A stretch of DNA of 53,136 bases, from positions 1-53,136 of the forward strand of contig DATW01000049.1 in NCBI GenBank assembly GCA_002504845.1. Reading direction: 5' to 3'. A program made the translations under genes and the position numbers. Below the pieces are notes generated by a model that was not told the DNA's origin, did not search any database, and was given only the letters and a program-made list of their open reading frames with translations. This DNA is from Euryarchaeota archaeon UBA250 (GTDB lineage: Archaea; Thermoplasmatota; Poseidoniia; Poseidoniales; Thalassarchaeaceae). Below, in pieces: positions 8,444 to 16,683 of this stretch (position 1 is the stretch's first letter; each line of letters starts with the position of its first letter).

Positions 8444-9526
8444 ATGGCAGAGGACATGTACTACAGAATGATGGGGTCTACAGGAATTCAAGTTTCAGTA
8501 TTGTCATATGGATTCTGGGCCACATATGGGGTCAAGAACGATCTTTCGGGCGATAAAGGGGTTGAAACTGCGAAGGAGCTCTTGAAGATCGCTAGGGAAG
8601 CAGGAGTGAACTGCTTTGATCATGCAGAAGCCTATGGGACACCAGTAGGAGAAGCAGAGAGGATTTTCGGTCTTGCCCTGTCCGAATTGGTTGAAGAAGA
8701 TCCTGAACTTTGGAGGAGGTCAGACCTGGTAATTACGACCAAGATATTCTGGGGAGGGGCAGGCGTCAATGAACGTGGACTGTCTCGCAAGCACATCATG
8801 GAAGGCATGGATGCTTCTCTAGATCGCCTTGGATTGGACTACGTCGACATGGTATTCTGTCATCGGCCCGATCCGCATACTCCAACTTCGACAGTGGTTA
8901 GGGCAATGACCGATATCGTGAGGGCAGGGGCGTCCACTGCTTGGGGTACAAGCGAATGGTCAGCACAGCAAATCACAGAGGCATTCTGGATTGCAAGAAG
9001 CGAGGGGCTTGAACCCCCTTCATTCGAGCAGCCCCAATACAACATGCTTCACAGGGATCGCTTTGAAAAGGAGTATTTTCCTCTTTATCGACCTCCGTAT
9101 TCTATTGGGACAACGATCTGGTCGCCCCTAAGATCTGGTTTCTTAACAGGGAAATACAATGATGGCATACCCGAGGGTTCTCGTGCGACTGTGGAAATCT
9201 ACGGCTGGTTGAAGGAAGAGTTGGAAGACAGGCGAGAGAGGGGTGAAGTAGAGATCGTTAGGGAGTTGACAGCATATGCTGAAAATGAGTTAAATTGTTC
9301 AATGGCACAATTGGCTTTGGCATGGTGTCTGAAGAATAAGAATGTTTCAACGATTCTTCTTGGTGCCACGAATTCAAAGCAATTGAGAGAGAATCTAGGT
9401 TGTATTGGTGTCGCTTTAAAACTCGACGACTCTCATATGGAATCGATAGACGAGATTCTCGGGAATAAGCCTGAGGAATGGATTGGTCCCGGTGGAAGTG
9501 GGAATAGGGATCTGAAAACGTTGTGA
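8444..9526 (+). CDS. Aldo/keto reductase (Kv-beta-subunit-like AKR)
   Basis: GSTGIQVSVLSYGFWATYG, FDHAEAYG, GLDYVDMVFCHRPD, WGTSEWSAQQI, ILLGATNSKQLRENL. Confidence 0.85.
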   Translation: MAEDMYYRMMGSTGIQVSVLSYGFWATYGVKNDLSGDKGVETAKELLKIAREAGVNCFDHAEAYGTPVGEAERIFGLALSELVEEDPELWRRSDLVITTKIFWGGAGVNERGLSRKHIMEGMDASLDRLGLDYVDMVFCHRPDPHTPTSTVVRAMTDIVRAGASTAWGTSEWSAQQITEAFWIARSEGLEPPSFEQPQYNMLHRDRFEKEYFPLYRPPYSIGTTIWSPLRSGFLTGKYNDGIPEGSRATVEIYGWLKEELEDRRERGEVEIVRELTAYAENELNCSMAQLALAWCLKNKNVSTILLGATNSKQLRENLGCIGVALKLDDSHMESIDEILGNKPEEWIGPGGSGNRDLKTL

Positions 9527-9586
9527 AGAGCATGACTTGTATCAATTTAAGCAATACCTGATAACGAATGGGTTTGAGTTTAGAAT

Positions 9587-10495
9587 ATGACCTCCGAAGA
9601 AGAAGGTAGCTGGTGGGAACAGCAAGCCGAATACGAAGGTTCCAAGAGTTCTTCTTCATCGGAAACAACAACGAGCGTGTCGGGTCCTGAAACAAAGAAT
9701 GAGGATAATATAGCATTCACTCTCGGACGATCGCTGCCATTCATTGTGGCAGGATTCATCGGAATTTCTCTTTTGGCGAGTTCTGTGTTCTTTGCTCTTT
9801 CTTTCATTCTACCAGATGGGACTACTGACAGCGGAGATGAATCATCAGGAGAATCTGATAAATGGATCTCTACGAATGGAACTATCCTGGAAACCAGCCA
9901 GTATATCGAGGATGCTGTGACTTGGGAGAGAACTGAATCTTGGCAGGATTGCTACTGGGATGACTGGGAGGAACGGGAAATCTGCGATACGTACTATGAG
10001 ACCTACTACGAGGACGGATACGAATGTACAGCCGGGATTGACTACGAGTATACTGTGAATGGGACGGTCTACAACGGCAGCGAGTCTCTTCTCTTCCAAG
10101 ATTACAGTCCTTGTCTAGATTGGGTATACATTGATTACCCGAGAAATGGTACTGTAGAAGTCTGGTACAATGAAGGCGATCCCGGAGAGAGCAGGCTTAG
10201 TGAGCCTTTGGAATGGGATATAGCCGAGGGTTTGTTGGGCGTATTCTTTGGCTGCTGCTTGTTCTTCTTTTTGATATTCATAGTGATTTCCATAAGCAAA
10301 TGGTCGCAAAGAGTTCAGGGCGGCCATACATCTGGAATGGGATCTTCAGGAAGGGGATTTAGATCCAGAATGACATTCAACAGAGGAATTTCGAGGGGAG
10401 GGAACTCTCGGAGAAGGAGATCTGGCAGAAGTCGCTCTGGAGGAGGCCGCTCCCCTAGGAGAACGGTTGGCAGATCTAGAAGAAGAAGTAAATGA
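9587..10495 (+). CDS. Two-TM membrane protein: DUF3592-like ectodomain, acidic/Ser-rich N-terminus, Arg/Gly/Ser-rich C-terminal tail
   Basis: TM1 is PFIVAGFIGISLLASSVFFALSFIL and TM2 is LLGVFFGCCLFFFLIFIVISI. Between them, YEYTVNGTVYNGS...GTVEVWYNEGDPGESRL is DUF3592-like. The tail reads GRGFRSRMTFNRGISRGGNSRRRRSGRSRSGGGRSPRRTVGRSRRRSK. Confidence 0.6.
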   Translation: MTSEEEGSWWEQQAEYEGSKSSSSSETTTSVSGPETKNEDNIAFTLGRSLPFIVAGFIGISLLASSVFFALSFILPDGTTDSGDESSGESDKWISTNGTILETSQYIEDAVTWERTESWQDCYWDDWEEREICDTYYETYYEDGYECTAGIDYEYTVNGTVYNGSESLLFQDYSPCLDWVYIDYPRNGTVEVWYNEGDPGESRLSEPLEWDIAEGLLGVFFGCCLFFFLIFIVISISKWSQRVQGGHTSGMGSSGRGFRSRMTFNRGISRGGNSRRRRSGRSRSGGGRSPRRTVGRSRRRSK

Positions 10496-10500
10496 TCGCC

Positions 10501-10830
10501 TCATAGAGACAGGATGACTAGGCCCAGGGCCAGAATCACAGCCCCGATGAGTATCATAGTCTGGAGAGTCACGTCGGATTCCTCAAGCGTAACTGGGCCG
10601 TCTCCGATGTCGGACACGACTGTTTCAATCGCCTCGGCTGCTGTATCCTGTCTGGATTCCGAAATATCGATTTCCTCTTTCTTGTGCAAATCCTCTACTC
10701 CGGAATCTTCCTGATTCTCGATAAGTCTGTCAATCAATTCTGCCTTTCGTCCAGACACTGGCAGCGAATGGTCTGCGAGGAGTTCCTTGAGTTGTGCGAC
10801 TGTCATTAACTTCAGACTATCGCGGTCCAT
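10501..10830 (-). CDS. SAP/HeH-domain protein with acidic linker and C-terminal tail-anchor TM
   Basis: LKLMTVAQLKELLADHSLPVSGRKAELIDRLIENQ matches the SAP (or Rho_N/LEM-like HeH) consensus. The protein ends in the hydrophobic segment MILIGAVILALGLVILSL. Confidence 0.65.
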   Translation of the reverse strand: MDRDSLKLMTVAQLKELLADHSLPVSGRKAELIDRLIENQEDSGVEDLHKKEEIDISESRQDTAAEAIETVVSDIGDGPVTLEESDVTLQTMILIGAVILALGLVILSL

Positions 10831-10882
10831 GGTGGTGGATTCTGGATACGGTACTTAATCCACAAGTAATTTGCCTTGCACT

Positions 10883-11896
10883 TTACTTCTGTTCATCCAA
10901 CCAGGCACGCATGATACAAGACTGGCATATTTCTCGACTTGTGACGCCCCCGCATAGCGAGCATGAGCGAATATCAGAAGAAGTATTTCCAGAGGAGGCA
11001 TGCATCTGACGTATCTGTTCTAGGCTGTGTAATAGACCGTGTCTTGCACCGGGTGTTTCTGTCTCAAGGGCTGCTATAATCTCTCGGCTTCGTTGACGTT
11101 GGGCTCCAGCTGCGTGAGGGCAATCCCCATGATGGAATGGTATATTGAGCACCATAGCAAGTGCATGGACTTCTTGTTCAGGGATCCATCGAAGTGGCAC
11201 AATCCTCGGAGGGAGCCCGTCTATTGGCGTAGACGTATGTGGCGCCAGCCTGACCGATCTGTCAACTTCTCCCTTCTGGAGATTCATGAGTATAGATTGG
11301 GCCATATCATCCAAATTGTGGCCCAGGGCCATGACGTCTGCGCCTGATCGTTCAGCGAGAGTATTCAGACTCTGTCTTCTGAAAACACCACAAAACGAGC
11401 AGGGCATCATTCCATCCGCCTGTGGATTTTTCATTGCGATATCAGGCATCATACGGACTACTTCATCCATTCTTGAGTACCCCATCTCCTCATACCCTAA
11501 TTGGAGTAATTCTATTCCAAGAGAATCGCATAATTCCTCTATGCAAGCAATGGAGGGGGATCGATATCCGTCTATTCCTTCATCGATCACACCTGCTATT
11601 ATTTCCAGGTCTCTTCTGCGTCCGAGTATGTCGACGATGAGTTTGAGCATGATTGCAGAATCCTTGCCACCGCTCACGGCGGCGAGTATTCGTAATGGAC
11701 TTCCGTCCTCTTTTCTAGCATCTTTTGGAAGAGGTAGTTGGACTCTTAGATCTCTCGATACTCTCCGTCTTATTGACTCGTGTAAATGCCGCCCACATAA
11801 TCTCTGACCACTGTATGGCTGGTGTACTAGACTGGTGTGGTCACACCGACTACATGACTCAACCTTCAGTCCGCACATAACATTGGGAGGCGCCAT
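10883..11896 (-). CDS. ncsA: PP-loop ATPase, tRNA 2-thiolation protein (NcsA/Ctu1/TtuA family)
   Basis: N-terminal Zn finger CSRC...LCGRH, PP-loop AAVSGGKDS, GHNLDDMAQSILMNL, and C-terminal CSLCGG...CQSC. ATG at 11896 removes an implausible 29-aa leader. Confidence 0.8.
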   Translation of the reverse strand: MAPPNVMCGLKVESCSRCDHTSLVHQPYSGQRLCGRHLHESIRRRVSRDLRVQLPLPKDARKEDGSPLRILAAVSGGKDSAIMLKLIVDILGRRRDLEIIAGVIDEGIDGYRSPSIACIEELCDSLGIELLQLGYEEMGYSRMDEVVRMMPDIAMKNPQADGMMPCSFCGVFRRQSLNTLAERSGADVMALGHNLDDMAQSILMNLQKGEVDRSVRLAPHTSTPIDGLPPRIVPLRWIPEQEVHALAMVLNIPFHHGDCPHAAGAQRQRSREIIAALETETPGARHGLLHSLEQIRQMHASSGNTSSDIRSCSLCGGVTSREICQSCIMRAWLDEQK

Positions 11897-11958
11897 CTGT
11901 GTTTCAACACGATGGAAGTAGCGAGGGGTTCTTGCGAGATAGCATGGTGCAGACACCC

Positions 11959-12210
11959 ATGGATATGGGCCCGGAACTTCCAAACTCGGAAAAATGGCAT
12001 GGGAGAGTATCCAGCCCTTGGCTAGAACGCATACTGTTTGTATCTTCCATTCTCATATTCATCATACTTGCAGGCGAGATCCGTCCTTCGGTCTCTGACT
12101 CGTTTGGTTATTCAGTATCCTTACTAATTTATCCAATATCAATACTCGTCTCATTTATCATTACTGAACATCTTGTGCGCCTGATAGAGCGGCTATTTGG
12201 AATAAGGTGA
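11959..12210 (+). CDS. Possible small two-TM membrane protein (hypothetical)
   Basis: It fills an otherwise 316-nt gap. Hydrophobic segments are ILFVSSILIFIILAG and VSLLIYPISILVSFII. The start is uncertain (ATG at 11944, 11959 or 11965). No homology was recognised. Confidence 0.3.
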   Translation: MDMGPELPNSEKWHGRVSSPWLERILFVSSILIFIILAGEIRPSVSDSFGYSVSLLIYPISILVSFIITEHLVRLIERLFGIR

Positions 12211-12212
12211 GG

Positions 12213-13445
12213 TTACGAATCTGTTTCTTCGGAGCGGGAGCCGGAAAACCCTCTGAAGATTGACTCAAACCAGCCTAGAACTGTTTGCCATGGTACCAGA
12301 TATCTGAGCATACTAACAAAGAGCAGGAATAAACCAGCGGATATCACCTTGCCATAGGTCATTTGCAATTCGAGAGAGTCGTTGACCTGCTGACTCCATT
12401 GGTTGGGTTGGAACTCTGATATCACCATGATCATTATCTCGTCGAAATCAAGTGCTACCGCGGTCAATACAGTGGCAAGGGAAAGAACTCCGACAAGTTG
12501 AGAGAGATGTGTGTTGAGTACTGTTTGAAACATCCGTATATGCTCATTATCCGTCCTAGCGCTCTCCGGTAACATGGCTACATACTCAAATAATCGAATA
12601 ACCATGTGTGATGACTCGAAAAACAGGAAGAGCAGAATCGATATGGTGATCAGCTCGAAAGCCAACGGCGATACCAGGCCCCCAAACAGTGTTGAGTCAC
12701 CAATTTGAGCAGGGAGCGGCTTGAGACCTATTCCCTGTACAGATTCCAGTACTGCCTCGAAGGTCAGTAGAGCATGGAAAATTATGAACATGACGCTGTA
12801 GCTGATAGTTGCAATTATGGCGCGCATTGAGATATTCCATATTCCGATCAGGCCGAATAGGACGGGTATGAAAACAACGCCCATTACGATTATTTCTGAT
12901 ATTACCTGCATGGTCAATGAGAGTCTTGCTCCGTGATTCAATGCTGAAAACTCTTGACCGAAAGGAATGTACAGCATCTGATAGCTTATCATGCTCGCAA
13001 TCCATTCGAACAGGAAAGGGCCAAATCCTGCGATTAAGGCTGTTGCATAGATCGTATTTTTGATTCTTCGGCGTGTCTTGGAGCTTCTGCTTGACGCATA
13101 GGCATGAATGCCTGTCAACAAGAGGCAGAATAGAGAAGGAATGAGTAATGCTGCTTCTCCTACCCGGTCTGCTCCTGTGATGAAATCAGGAAGTATTGAT
13201 TCTCGATCGAATGCTTCTTCGACATAGGCCATCCCTCGCGTGTGTTCGAAAGCAGGGCACCAATAGGTGGAACCCTCTGCCTCGTCGATGAAATCTTGAT
13301 TGCATTCACCGTACACAGAGGTCATTGTGAGCAATAGCGATGCAAGGGCCAATGTGGCAACTAATTGGAGAGTCAATATCTGCCACCTCATACGCAATGA
13401 ACGGAGTCTCAGGGTGTGTTTTTGTTCCGGGTTTTCATCTGCCAC
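12213..13445 (-). CDS. Polytopic integral membrane protein (about 9-10 TM), unknown function
   Basis: A long ORF with repeated hydrophobic helices, starting 9 nt downstream of the DUF58 gene on the same strand. No motif was recognised. Confidence 0.6.
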   Translation of the reverse strand: MADENPEQKHTLRLRSLRMRWQILTLQLVATLALASLLLTMTSVYGECNQDFIDEAEGSTYWCPAFEHTRGMAYVEEAFDRESILPDFITGADRVGEAALLIPSLFCLLLTGIHAYASSRSSKTRRRIKNTIYATALIAGFGPFLFEWIASMISYQMLYIPFGQEFSALNHGARLSLTMQVISEIIVMGVVFIPVLFGLIGIWNISMRAIIATISYSVMFIIFHALLTFEAVLESVQGIGLKPLPAQIGDSTLFGGLVSPLAFELITISILLFLFFESSHMVIRLFEYVAMLPESARTDNEHIRMFQTVLNTHLSQLVGVLSLATVLTAVALDFDEIMIMVISEFQPNQWSQQVNDSLELQMTYGKVISAGLFLLFVSMLRYLVPWQTVLGWFESIFRGFSGSRSEETDS

Positions 13446-13454
13446 TCAATCACC

Positions 13455-14714
13455 TCAACCCTTCTTGACCTGCAGCAACGCCTGTGCCAGATCTATGTCT
13501 GGAACCCAGTCGATGACGTTCGCCCCGTATCCGTTGAGCGACATGAGTCTATTCTGTCGTTCCATCTTGAGTACCTCGTATGCCATCCTAGGTATCCTGC
13601 TAACGAGCCTCTCGAGATCTATTGAATTGGGAGATAAGACATACACGGTATGGCCGTGACTGGATAGCGCTCTTATGGCGGGAAGTGTTGTTCCATCGCC
13701 CTCTAGGCTACTAATCACGAATACCGGAGATCCTCGGTTCATCCTGGGGATTAATGCGTTTGTGACTGCTTGAAGAGGCATTGATCCCCCAGCAGAAACT
13801 CCAGCTAGAAGGCTCAGAATCTTGTACTGCTGCTTATCACCTGCCTCAGCGGGAAGGTGATCCATTCTCCTCCCATAGGTCGTTAGTGAGACAGCATCAC
13901 GCCTTCTGATGAAGTGATTGGATACCGAGGCAGTGGCAACTGCCCCCATTTCTAGAGGATTTTTCAAAACGGTTCCGATTCTCGAAATATCTCGAGTATC
14001 AAATAGGATATGAACATCGGTAACTGCGTCCCTGACCTTCTCGTTCACCATCAAGTCTCCAGTTCTGGCGAACGCCTTCCAATTGATTGACCTGAAGGAA
14101 TCCCCTGGCATGTACTCGCGAAGTGAGTAGAACTCGGTTCCTTGACCGGGGGTTCGGAGAGTTGTTGCACCAGTGTACATCTTTGGAACGTTCGATCTGA
14201 GAAGAGCGTCCTCAATATCCCTCACTTGAGGAAATACGATGACATCGCTTCTAGTATCGGCAACGCCTTCGTCTGTGAAGAGTCCAAACACATCCCGATA
14301 TCGAAGAGAGGTTGGACCGATGGAATAGTGACCTCGAAGAGGGCATCTCACCGTGTATCTGAGAGTTGTAGATTGCCCCGGGCCTAGATTGGCTCGAATT
14401 AGATTGATTCCGCGTCTTATTTTCATTTCATGCGGGACATTGTCATAGATATCCAGTATCTGCGTTCTACGTCGTGAGGGGTTCTTTATCCTCAAAGTGA
14501 CTGTAATATCATCTCCCTTGTACACATTCTCTTCAGATAACTCACGTTCTACCACTAATCGAGGAAATCCGCTAATCCAGCTAGCCATCACCAGAATTGA
14601 AACCATTAGCATCCCAAGAATCATCAGATGGAAATGGCTGACCATCATGCCGACAAGTATCAGAGATACTCCTCCGACAATCATCATTGTAGCTTTCCTA
14701 GTCCACAAATTCAC
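13455..14714 (-). CDS. DUF58 domain protein (vWA-like, MoxR-associated family)
   Basis: Two N-terminal TMs, then GTEFYSLREYMPGDSFRSINWKAFARTGDLMVNEKV, the DUF58 signature, followed by a vWA-like region. The GTG start overlaps the upstream TGA as GTGA (14711-14714). Confidence 0.8.
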   Translation of the reverse strand: MNLWTRKATMMIVGGVSLILVGMMVSHFHLMILGMLMVSILVMASWISGFPRLVVERELSEENVYKGDDITVTLRIKNPSRRRTQILDIYDNVPHEMKIRRGINLIRANLGPGQSTTLRYTVRCPLRGHYSIGPTSLRYRDVFGLFTDEGVADTRSDVIVFPQVRDIEDALLRSNVPKMYTGATTLRTPGQGTEFYSLREYMPGDSFRSINWKAFARTGDLMVNEKVRDAVTDVHILFDTRDISRIGTVLKNPLEMGAVATASVSNHFIRRRDAVSLTTYGRRMDHLPAEAGDKQQYKILSLLAGVSAGGSMPLQAVTNALIPRMNRGSPVFVISSLEGDGTTLPAIRALSSHGHTVYVLSPNSIDLERLVSRIPRMAYEVLKMERQNRLMSLNGYGANVIDWVPDIDLAQALLQVKKG

Positions 14715-16393
14715 ACCTCCATTAGATCGTCGTCTGGCTCATCGTCATCTGGTCCCCATTCCTTCATACGCTTGACTATTGCAACTAATTCCTCTGTCTT
14801 ATACCGTCGATTATCATAGATGAATCGAATCAGTATGGGATCTTCAACAAGTGCCTGCAACTCTTCTGAAGAGAGCGCGTCGAACTCTTCTCTGGTCAGA
14901 GTATTGGTACTCCTGATTCTGGAAAGTAATACCTGTCTGATCTTATCTGGGTGTTGATAAAACTCGTATCTTTTAGCGTCACCAAAACCATAGTAGATGA
15001 TTCTGAAAACATGTCTCCAATCTTCAGGGTCTTCTTTGCGAATAAGAACGACTTCGAGCATCATAAAGAGGGCGAGGAACAGGATGAGCATGGCCATCCA
15101 GTCATTGGTGAAGTAAACAAGAAAGTAGTACGCTAAGTTGTATGTGTCAGAAAGTGGATTAGACTGCTGGTGGCGGCTCTCATCGAATATGACAACCGCG
15201 TCATCGCTTGGAATTAGAGACCCGTTGCCAACTAGTAATGCATCTGCAATAATGTCGAGTGCCCACACCCTATTGTCATTCTCAGGCACTGCGGAATCAT
15301 CGATATCAGAAGCTGAGTATATTGCATTGATGAGTAATGACCCATCTGACGCAATATGTACCTGTCCAGAGGAGGGCTCTGCACACAATCTTGATGAGCA
15401 GATTCTTGCATATACTGCAAATGGACCTTGTTCATCGCCCTGTATGCCTGCTGCTTCGAACGCGGGCGTCAGGTCTCCGTCATCATTCGAGTCCAAATAC
15501 GAATCTAATGTTGATGTGACAACAGGATATCGATTTTCAGCCGGAGAAAATGCAGACTCTTTATCGAATGCTGACGGGGTACTGGTCAGAAGATCATAAT
15601 CTTCGCTAAAATCGTAGACCCCATCGACATCGTCCCAACGATGGCTGCAGAGACCGAATGAGCCGCCATCAGGCGTAAATCCCGTATCGGGAGAATCTGG
15701 ATTTGGATCTATGGAATCTAGTATTGCATCTCCGTCTCTGTCAGCAAGACAGGGGTGATAATTAGATGTTGAGCCAGATGTTTGTGTCAAATTGTATGCG
15801 TCTGTTACGTTTGTCCACACATAGTTGTAATCGAGTTCTCTCGCCCATGCCTCTCCGTCGTAAAGCTGATGGCTTGAAAATACAATATTGTATTCCTGTG
15901 CAAGTGCAGACGAGTAACCAAAATCATCCATAAGAAGCAAAGTTCCGCCGGCCTGCACATACTGCACTATAGCTTCAATTTCTGATCCCGTATATCCATC
16001 AGAGTCAGAGAGCTCGATTACAGAATCATCATCTGTGAAACGAGGGAGAGAGATTGTGTCACGCTCCACGCCAGATATCACAAACACTGTCTCATCGGGA
16101 TTGTCGATTTCTCCGAGAAGGAGCGGGCTTGACACCATGGCAGTTGTCTCAACACCCATGGCATTGATGTCTGAACGAAAATCGCCAAGATCATTCCAAT
16201 CGTCGCCATATGCGGACTGTTGGGTCTTCCCGTCTACGATATATGTGGAAGCGATAAATGCTACAAGGAGTGTTAAAACAGACCAGAATGAGAACATTAG
16301 GAACCTTCTTCGATTCGTTGCATTGAAGAATCGGGATGCTCTTCTTGGTCTCTCTATCACCCGGTCACCTCTCAGCAGCAGGGCACAACCCAA
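14711..16393 (-). CDS. DUF4350-like membrane protein with acidic Ca-binding-like insert and cytosolic C-terminal domain
   Basis: N-terminal TM FWSVLTLLVAFIASTYIV. VQYVQAGGTLLLMDDFGYS is DUF4350-like. DRDGDAILDSIDPNPDSPD resembles thrombospondin type-3 repeats. A second TM is WMAMLILFLALFMMLEVVLI, and the acidic C-terminus is DDDEPDDDLMEV. The track start is TTG at 16393; the alternative ATG is 16297. Confidence 0.55.
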   Translation of the reverse strand: MGCALLLRGDRVIERPRRASRFFNATNRRRFLMFSFWSVLTLLVAFIASTYIVDGKTQQSAYGDDWNDLGDFRSDINAMGVETTAMVSSPLLLGEIDNPDETVFVISGVERDTISLPRFTDDDSVIELSDSDGYTGSEIEAIVQYVQAGGTLLLMDDFGYSSALAQEYNIVFSSHQLYDGEAWARELDYNYVWTNVTDAYNLTQTSGSTSNYHPCLADRDGDAILDSIDPNPDSPDTGFTPDGGSFGLCSHRWDDVDGVYDFSEDYDLLTSTPSAFDKESAFSPAENRYPVVTSTLDSYLDSNDDGDLTPAFEAAGIQGDEQGPFAVYARICSSRLCAEPSSGQVHIASDGSLLINAIYSASDIDDSAVPENDNRVWALDIIADALLVGNGSLIPSDDAVVIFDESRHQQSNPLSDTYNLAYYFLVYFTNDWMAMLILFLALFMMLEVVLIRKEDPEDWRHVFRIIYYGFGDAKRYEFYQHPDKIRQVLLSRIRSTNTLTREEFDALSSEELQALVEDPILIRFIYDNRRYKTEELVAIVKRMKEWGPDDDEPDDDLMEV

Positions 16394-16431
16394 TCCAACG
16401 ATATAAGACGCTTATCCGGCCTTGGGACGTA

Positions 16432-16683
16432 TCACTGATGCAAACGTATGGCATTTGATATCTCGGCGACCTCTTCGACAGGGACTTCGAGTAGTCCTTT
16501 CTTGACGGGCCATGGGAGTAGGGCGGGATCGAGTTCTTCCGATATTAAGACAAGTAGCGAGACTACTTTTCCAGATCTTGGGTCGAATATGAAATCGGAT
16601 AGATATCCCAGAGTGTCCCCTGCACCGTCTAGGATCGGCCGGTTTAGAATTTCACGGCCGAATCCCGACGGCATCCAGATCAC
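16432..16683 (-). CDS. Small PRC-barrel domain protein (CdpB-like size)
   Basis: [36 protein letters not shown] is a PRC-barrel core. The GTG start overlaps the cdc48 TGA as GTGA (16680-16683); the alternative ATG is 16674. Confidence 0.7.
   Translation of the reverse strand: MIWMPSGFGREILNRPILDGAGDTLGYLSDFIFDPRSGKVVSLLVLISEELDPALLPWPVKKGLLEVPVEEVAEISNAIRLHQ

Noticed and set aside
11145-11807. A 220-aa plus-strand ORF, along with similar long antisense ORFs at 15138-15599, 18496-18999, 33725-34222, 36716-37330, 40796-41281 and 45807-46346.
   Set aside because: Each lies entirely antisense to a gene with strong family motifs (NcsA, DUF4350-like, Cdc48, membrane protein, Lhr, SerS, biotin carboxylase). 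Their translations are low-complexity (S/R/P/L-rich) with no motifs, which is typical of shadow ORFs.
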